NCBI GenBank assembly: GCA_002269645.1
Contig: NIVC01005000.1
Span: 1-28,828, forward strand
Reading direction: 5' to 3'
From: Macrostomum lignano
Lineage: Eukaryota
DNA length: 28,828 nt
A program made the translations under genes and the position numbers. A model generated the notes under the pieces. The model was not told the DNA's origin, did no database searches, and saw only the letters and a list, made by a program, of their open reading frames with translations. Below, in pieces: positions 21,231 through 28,828 of this stretch (position 1 is its first letter; every line of letters starts with the position of its first letter).

Positions 21231-22611
21231 TAGATCCCATACAGATCCCATACAGATCCCATACAGATCCCATTCAGATCCCATGCAGATCCCATACAGA
21301 TCCCATACAGAATCCCACACAGATCCCATACAGATCCCATAAAGTCCCATACAGTCCCATGCAGATCCCATACAGATCCCATACAGTCCCATGCAGATCC
21401 CATGCAGATCCCATACAGTCCCATGCAGATCCCATGCAGATCCCATACAGATCCCATACAGATCCCATACAGTCCCATGCAGATCCCATGCAGATCCCAT
21501 ACAGATCCCATACAGATCCCATACAGTCCCATGCAGATCCCATACAGATCCCGTGCAGATCCCATACAGATCCCGTACAGTCCCATGCAGATCCCATACA
21601 GATCCCATACAGATATCATACAGTCCCATGCAGATCCCATGCAGATCCCATACAGATCCCATACAGATATCATACAGTCCCATACAGATCCCATGCAGAT
21701 CCCATACAGATCCCATACAGTCCCATGCAGATCCCATACAGATCCCATGCAGATCCCATACAGATCCCGTGCAGATCCCATACAGATCCCGTGCAGATCC
21801 CATACAGATCCGGGTACAGTCCCATTCAGATCCCATACAGATCCCATACAGATATCATACAGATCCCATACAGATCCCATGCAGATCCCATACAGATCCC
21901 ATACAGATCCCATTCAGATCCCATGCAGATCCCATACAGATCCCATACAGTCCCATGCAGATCCCATACAGATCCCGTACAAAAACCCACACAGATCCCA
22001 TACAGATCCCATAAAGTCCCATACAGATCCCACATGCAGATCCCATACAGATCCCATACAGATCCCATACAGATCCCATACAGATCCCATACAGTACCAT
22101 GCAGATCCCATACAGTCCCATGCAGATCCCATACAGATCCCATACAGTCCCATGCAGATCCCATGCAGATCCCATACAGTCCCATGCAGATCCCATGCAG
22201 ATCCCATGCAGATCCCATACAGATCCCATACAGATCCCATACAGATCCCATACAGATCCCATACAGATATCATACAGATCCCATACAGATATCATACAGA
22301 TCCCATACAGATCCCATACAGATCACATACAGATATCATACAGATCCCATACAGATATCATACAGATCCCATACAGTCCCATGCAGATCCCATGCAGATC
22401 CCATACAGTCCCATGCAGATCCCATACAGATCCCATACAGTCCCATGCAGATCCCATGCAGATCCCATACAGTCCCATACAGATCCCATACAGATCCCAT
22501 ACAGATCCCATGCAGATCCCATACAGATCCCATACAGATCCCATACAGATCCCGTACAGTCCCATGCAGATCCCATACAGATCCCATACAGATCCCATAC
22601 AGATCCCATGC
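21231..22611. repeat. Irregular 10/11-bp tandem array (CAGATCCCATA, CAGATCCCATG, CAGTCCCATG, CAGATATCATA), roughly 125 units
   Basis: Directly visible. Confidence 0.97.
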
Positions 22612-23242
22612 TTTGAATTGCAGTTCAGTCTGTATGATAATAATCAAGTGGTGTATGTGGATTATAATTGACACTGCAGTCTTAACGCTTACTTGATTCC
22701 CTTCCATGTAGATTGAAATCATTCACAAAAAATGCTAGCAAAAGTTATGTGCGTGTCCATTGTTTTCACACTACTGTTGCTGCTGCATGGAGGGCAGTGG
22801 GCCTTGCTGTGCTGCAAGGCGGTACCAGCAGGATAGAGCAGTAGTGAGTCAGGTCCGCATGCTGCCGATGCCTCATCAATGGTTTCCATCCTAGCGCTCC
22901 GCCTATTCAGTGAATGCGGGCTGTCAGAGTTCTCAGCTTCACTCCTCACCCAAAAGCTTCCGGTGCAGTTTTATCTCAAAATTTCAATTTAAATTTGCTG
23001 AAAAAAATCTTTTTGTTCTGACACGTTATTTTAGAACCGTTTCTTAGAAACAAGATTTATAAAGTGCGAGAAGGCATAGCACGATTTGCTAGTCGTTAAG
23101 AAATAAAGTAAGAAATTAAGGCTATATTTCTATAAAACTTTCAGTGCGAAAAGGACGGCGGAATCTGCTTCACGCAGGACGCCTGCTGCGAGGACTTTAC
23201 CTGCGAGAAGGCTAGCCAGGGTGAGTGCGTCTTGGAGCTTTT

Positions 23243-23475
23243 GGCCGAGATGTCTATGGCTGAGATGTCTATGGCTGAGATGTCTATGGCTGAGATGTCT
23301 ATGGCTGAGATGTCTATGGCTGAGATGTCTATGGCTGAGATGTCTATGGCCGAGATGAATATACATGGCCGAGGTGTCTATGGTTGAGGTGTCTACATGT
23401 ATATGTGGCCGAGGTGTCTATGGCCGAGAGATTTCTATACATGACCGGGATATCTATAAATGGCCGAGGTGTCTA
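23243..23475. repeat. 15-bp tandem repeat GAGATGTCTATGGCT, about 7 near-perfect copies followed by diverged copies
   Basis: Directly visible. Confidence 0.92.
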
Positions 23476-24184
23476 TCGTGAATGTGAATGGGAAATGATC
23501 AATTCGGTATGCCATGATTTAGGCAAATTAAGAGGGAAATTACGAATGCTGCAAAAGCCGCTCCAATTTGGTTGATTAGGGAGCGAAAGCGAAAATGTCT
23601 AAAAAAACGATTACCAATCGGCCTTCAATCAAATGCATCAATTAGCTTAGCATATTCACGCGCCGGCTTGCTGTTGTGAGCAATGAGCAGTTTGCTGGTC
23701 ACGCGGCACAGTAATGAACCAATCCTAAATGTGGTCCGAGCAGGTCAATCATAAATCAACTGTAGGTAGCCGCTGATAGACAAGAGAAAATCCGTTTGTG
23801 GGTCTTCGCCCGAGGCTGAGGCTGAGAGACCGGCGTAGTGAATTGCCAGTAAGGGCAGGACAAGCTTTAGAGCATAAAGTGCAGACTGTTTTGTATTGCA
23901 GATAATTGAAATGTGCATGCCTGGCGCATTGTTGAGCCACTTAATTATGTTGAGCCACTGTTCGCCAACACTGGATTTGGTGTATATTGATTGATTGTTG
24001 TGCATGTATTTGCATAACGAACAGTGTCAATAATTTTAATCCAGTCAGGGGTGACAACAGCAAACTATAAGATTCTTTATTAGTTGCGAAGGAAATGAAA
24101 CTGAACGAGATTTATGTCAGTTGGCGCGTGACAAACGGAGGCCGATTGAAAACCCAGCCTTCTCTTCTGTGAGTCCATTGCTGA

Positions 24185-24204
24185 GTGTGTGTGTGTGTGT
24201 GTGT
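24185..24204. repeat. (GT)10 microsatellite
   Basis: Directly visible. Confidence 0.95.
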
Positions 24205-26091
24205 GCGTGTGCGATTTCTGCTGCCGAAATGCAACAAATGAGACTCAAAACCAGCTCAAAGAGCCAGAAAAAGTAAATCCTCCTTTGGCTAAAGAAGCTC
24301 TTTGGTCCGCTGACTGCAATCGGTAATTGAATTTCTTTGGGATTTGGGGGATGCAAAAATCTACAAAAGTGGCAGCTATACTGCTGATCGTCAACTTTTG
24401 ACGAGCTTGGCTCATTATTTTTAGTATATTGGATTCTGGAGGCACTTTGACGGCTTGGTCCTCGATTGTACTGCTGTTCTGCTTTTGTTTACTTACATTT
24501 GGGACACGTCTGTGACGGATTTGGGATGCCTTGAATGGTCCAATGACAATCGAGCCACATCTCAGGCGTTGCTGTGACGGCCTAAGGTTGTGTTAGCTAC
24601 AGTATAAAAGTGCTTCAGAAGCGATACGAAAAGTAGCAGACAACTGGGAGACATGATCGACCGCTGACCAAATTGATTGACCTGGATGTCAATCAATTCC
24701 AATCATTTGCGCCTCGCCACTCTGAAAATGACAAGAAATAAGTTTTTGTCACGCTGCACACGGCTGCCGTCCGTTCATCCACTCCCTGGTGAGGCCCACC
24801 ATCGACTTTTCCAACCGAAAAAAGGCCCGGCCCTCTTCCGTGAATTTTTTATTTCGCTTAATTATCTCTCAGCCTATGTCTCTTCAGCCTTCTACTATGT
24901 CAGTTTTAATTGCTCATTCAATTTTGACTGTCCCACGGACTCAAGCTAGAAGCCGTTAAGAAGTAGCTCAGGACGACACTGAGGAGTTTTCCTTGATTGC
25001 TCCCGCTGCAGGGACCTCAGGCAGGGTTGCGTTGAGCACTAGAAATGGCTGCACGACTCGTTCAACGGTTTGAATAATTTGTATCCTAGGCGGAGTTTCT
25101 AAGCAAACAAGCGCCTATAAATGCCTTGTATTTCCTTTTCATTAATAATTGAAGAGTTTGAAAACTGCAGTCGCGGCTCAGACGGCTGAATTGCAGTCAA
25201 CAAGGAACTACGGGAGTCGCAAAATTCAGGAAACTTCTACAAAGTTGCATTCTATAGAGCTGCTGTTTTTCATCGATATGAGACCATTGCCGATAGAACC
25301 AAGGACCACCAGAAGTTACCGTTGTTGGCACTTCTATTGTTGATACTTAGTAAGAACCTGTGGAGGAATACTCTCGTATAATAAGCGTTCCTGCATCACA
25401 AATTTTAGCAAATTTCCTGGTTTTCAAAGTTCAGCTGGGGCTTATGTTATACGAGACAAAAATGACGGTGTGTTAAAAATGGAGTGTATTAGGTTTTGAA
25501 GTACAGAGATTTAATCTGAAATCTATTGCAGGACAAGAAACATACTTTACGATTTTGTCCAACCACAAATTGGATATAGCTTGATTTTTAATAGCTTTTA
25601 ATGGCACTTTCGTCGAGGTATAATACTACACATAGCTGATACATCCGCTCGTAAACCGTAGGACAATGGGGAAAAGAATGCAGATAGACATTTACGCTAC
25701 TGTTAGTAGTTTGTTTTAACCCTGTAAAATATCAGAGCTAGGTAAGTTAAAGTATTGTCAGGATTTTTAAAAAATAGGAAGCGTTGGGACCCAAAGAAAA
25801 GGTATTTCAGTTGTGTTGAATGTTTTTAGCTAACACAAAATAGGAATATAATTGGGGCACTAGGAGTTCCACTATCCCATAACTGTATTGTATGTAAACA
25901 ATTTTTCTTGCATAAATCTTTCGCGACCCGCATCCTCCATGGCAGAATCCCATTTAACATTGTCGGAGAAACTGGCCTTTCACTGAAACTGGATAAACTC
26001 ATGAATCAACCAAAGACAAAACGCATTTGCCCTGCGTGCATTTGCTATTCTGGAAGTTCAGGTGATACAAATGGTCATCAGGGGTAAACAG

Positions 26092-26439
26092 TGAAAACTC
26101 CTCCCTCAATGTCGCAGCCACCTACGGCCGCTGCACGTCCAACAAGGCACAGCTGGGAAGCGAGGGCGGCGTCGGCATCGGCGAAATTGTTGGCGACCTC
26201 GGAGGCGCCGACGGAGGCAGCGGCGGCCGGGGCAGCAGCGAACGCGTCGGCTGCGACTCGGACGCGGACTGCCCGGCCGGTCAGTGCTGCTCGGTGGAGC
26301 CCTCCAAGTCCGGCTACCGCGGCCTGGGCGGCAGGCAGGCGTGCCGGCCGGCCGGACCGTCGGCTGCAGCGGGCAGAGCGCGGAGAACCTGTTCCAGCAG
26401 TACTACAGCGGCCTGTTCCGCAAGCGTCATCAGCCCTGA
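26092..26439 (+). CDS. Terminal exon of a Gly-rich, Cys-rich peptide with a prokineticin/AVIT-like six-Cys motif (one frameshift)
   Basis: GC3-rich frame reads ...ERVGCDSDADCPAGQCCSVEPSKSGYRGLGGRQACRPAG; a one-base gap near 26340-26355 continues as TVGCSGQSAENLFQQYYSGLFRKRHQP* (TGA 26437-26439). This frame is not in the ORF track. The acceptor is uncertain (26091 or 26117). Confidence 0.7.
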
Positions 26440-26940
26440 ATTAGCAGTTGCAGTCAAGTTGCAATTGCGATGCTAAACTACTGACAGTAAGCTATGCAGT
26501 AGAACTCGGCTATTTTGTTTTGTCACGCTTTGAAGTAGCTCGATTTCGGTTAAACAGATGAATAGATTAGACATTTCACCAGCTATTAGAGTGAGAGTAA
26601 TTCCTGCGAGCTGTTCCCACAGTTATTAATTACCTGTGGCCTGTCAGATTCGATCAACTGCTGCACGATAAATTGAAGTTAATGTTAGGAAAAGATATAT
26701 TTCAACACCTCTATGTGCAACAAAAATATACGGGAACAAATTAATAATTTACAACTCATTTTGTTTTTATTCTGCACAATTTGGATTGCTCTGCTTTGAT
26801 TTGCTGTTGCATCGTACTTTCAGTAGAGTGCGGCGAATCTTGTATTAGCATTTTGTACTGAGCCGAATCCATTATTTTTCTGTTGGTGGTGCATTGTGGA
26901 GATCTGTCGAGGTCAACATGCAGAATTAAAAGGATTCTAA

Positions 26941-27230
26941 TTCCTAGTGGTCTAGCGCGGCGTTCTCATGTGCCAGCGGCCCGGGCTCGATTCCAAGTCC
27001 AGTCACATTAATTTGAGGCTAAACTGGAATCTCGGCTTGGCTCTGCTCGTGCAATTAACGGCCTTGAGGGCCAACCCCAAGGCACAGTGAAGTGTACATG
27101 CCTAACGATAAATAAAGTCAGGGCCGCTGTACACTCCTGTGTGAGTGTGTGCCTGTGCGTGTGACTGCGTACGTATCCGCGCGCTTGTGTGCTGCTCAGG
27201 GGAGTCGGCGGAATTTACAGCCCCTGCCTC
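26941..27230 (+). mobile_element. tRNA-Glu(CTC)-derived SINE, copy 2
   Basis: Head TTCCTAGTGGTCTAGCG..CGGCGTTCTCA..GCGGCCCGGGCTCGATTCC closely resembles metazoan tRNA-Glu(CUC) with part of the D arm deleted; body aligns to 9660-9770. Confidence 0.75.
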
Positions 27231-28154
27231 CAACTATGGGTTTTTCTTGTCAAGTTGAAAATGGTCAATTCAGAGTTACCAAAAGACCAAGTTAAGTGCA
27301 TTATAATCATTTCAAGTAGTAGCAGACTCTGAATTTTCTTTTTTGTCCAGTTGCTCTGCAATGTTGAGAAGCGCTCTGATTGGCTAACTTGCATTTGACT
27401 TGGCGATATTTTGGCAGATAAACTGAATTTTATGCACTTGAGATGGCTATGTTAAACGTGAGTTGAATATTGTGCTACTCAAATCTATTCAAACATTGTA
27501 TCGTGGCATACTCGTACAAGCTGCATGGGAGTTAAGCAAGTCATGCGTCATTCCTCTGCCTAAAGAGTTTGGCAAATAGCCGTGGGGCGAGGGCAGGGAG
27601 GCCGCCCCCTGTAGCCGTGACACTGGAGCTCTTCAATCGAAGTGATGCCCTTCAATTGAATGGGAACTCTTGCTTAACTTTTGTACATTAGCTCGTACAA
27701 TATATACTATCTGCTATCATAATTATAATACTAGAATATACAAATACGTAAAGGTACCCGTATGGTTAACAAATTTTTTATAGTTCCAACAGAAGCCCAA
27801 TTGGCTCACAGTTTAATAAAACGAGTTTTCTGTACATTTTATCAAGAAATTTTCGGCCTAGCAGTACCGTAGCGTTTCATATGCAGTTGTTTCATGGACA
27901 GCAGAAGTACAGTAGTAGGACGCTAACATAGCTCGATATTCTTAAAAATATTCTGGAGTTCAGTAAGGAACGACTGGCCTGGGGTTGGGGCCACCGACAC
28001 CAGCTGCTGCTGCTAATGCTTGAGAGCAGCAGAGGCTACAGTCTATGGTCTGAACCCCGGAATTTTCGTGCTGCAGCCACGAGTGAATTGTTAGATAACT
28101 TGTTCGTTAAACCACCAGTACATTTAGTGGGGGCGGGGGGTTCACAAACGCGAA

Positions 28155-28283
28155 ATTTCACAACCGCTAAATGCCACTTAAAGTAGGTTGTGAAAGTAGG
28201 TGACATTTTATCGGTTGTAAAGTTTCGTGGTTGTGAAGTTTGCGTTTAGGAAAGTGAGTGCAAAAAATTAGCGGTTGTGAAAT
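28155..28283. repeat. Small element with perfect 16-bp inverted repeats and internal GGTTGTRAA motifs
   Basis: ATTTCACAACCGCTAA (28155-28170) / TTAGCGGTTGTGAAAT (28268-28283); three more GGTTGTRAA copies inside. Confidence 0.6.
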
Positions 28284-28575
28284 GCACCAGCGATACGACA
28301 AATATACATTCCTTTACCGGCCTTCAGATCATTTCTATGAAAACCGAGTCTAAGCGTCGATCTTTCTACTTCATTCTGAAAAATCTCTAAAAGTCATGCA
28401 CTGCAACTCTCGTATTGACTGATTGGCAATTGCGCCACAGCCGGTCATCGTTTAGCAGCATTGGCCTATACTATACCCCGCTAGTTTCGGCATGCATGCA
28501 GAGTTGGCATTGAATGAATGCACTATTATTACTGCAGTTTTAACATTCGTCATTCTTCGCCAGTGCTAATTTTAG

Positions 28576-28718
28576 ACTCTCTGGTCTTGCGTATAGAATC
28601 GCCCTGCTGGGTGTACACTTTGGAACTAAAGCCGCCCAGCTAGTGGAAGAGATTCTCGTGCCACACCCAGACTGTGTACATTTGCGGCGGCGAGTGGCGA
28701 CACGTGGGGGCCTATTGA
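28576..28718 (+). pseudogene. C-type-lectin-like terminal exon relic (ESPCWVYTLELKPPS*WKRFSCHTQTVYICGGEWRHVGAY*)
   Basis: TTTTAG acceptor; GC3-rich frame; C...W-x4-C-x7-C spacing of the CTL C-terminal motif; in-frame TAG at 28641. Confidence 0.4.
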
Positions 28719-28828
28719 ACCTTCCAGCGTGGAGAAGTGAATCTTATACTGCTCATAGCGTCTGACCGTAGCCTATACGTATGAGTTTGCATGACTCATA
28801 TCATTCTTTTAAAAAAAACATGCACTTT

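Noticed and set aside
21038-22696. 552-aa and many overlapping ORFs
   Set aside because: Open in several frames on both strands only because the 10/11-bp units lack stop codons; no codon or domain signal.
22719-25343. Scattered 60-90 aa ORFs in the putative long intron
   Set aside because: No codon bias, splice support or motifs; lengths are compatible with chance.

Overview
Eukaryotic (invertebrate-like) genomic DNA: AT-rich intergenic/intronic sequence with short GC3-rich exons, many repeats and no prokaryotic operon structure. The host cannot be identified from sequence alone. The main feature is a full-length 5.8-kb non-LTR retrotransposon (3337-9133; APE-RT-RNase H-CCHC, LOA/I-group-like) flanked by a 12-bp target-site duplication. 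Its seven frameshifts can all be repaired by adding one base to a homopolymer run, so it may be intact. Its 5' UTR contains a sequence I can fold by hand into a complete HDV-like self-cleaving ribozyme (3438-3584). Two paralogous exons of an unknown Ser/acidic protein flank the insertion. The right half holds six tandem arrays (48, 20, 24, 13, 11 and 15 bp units); three share the octamer GGGATCTG, and two of those lie in opposite orientation inside a putative gene for a secreted, prokineticin-like Cys-rich peptide. Also present: two hAT MITEs with 8-bp TSDs, two tRNA-derived SINEs with a shared body but different heads, and some low-confidence exon relics. All alignments, folds and counts were done by eye.
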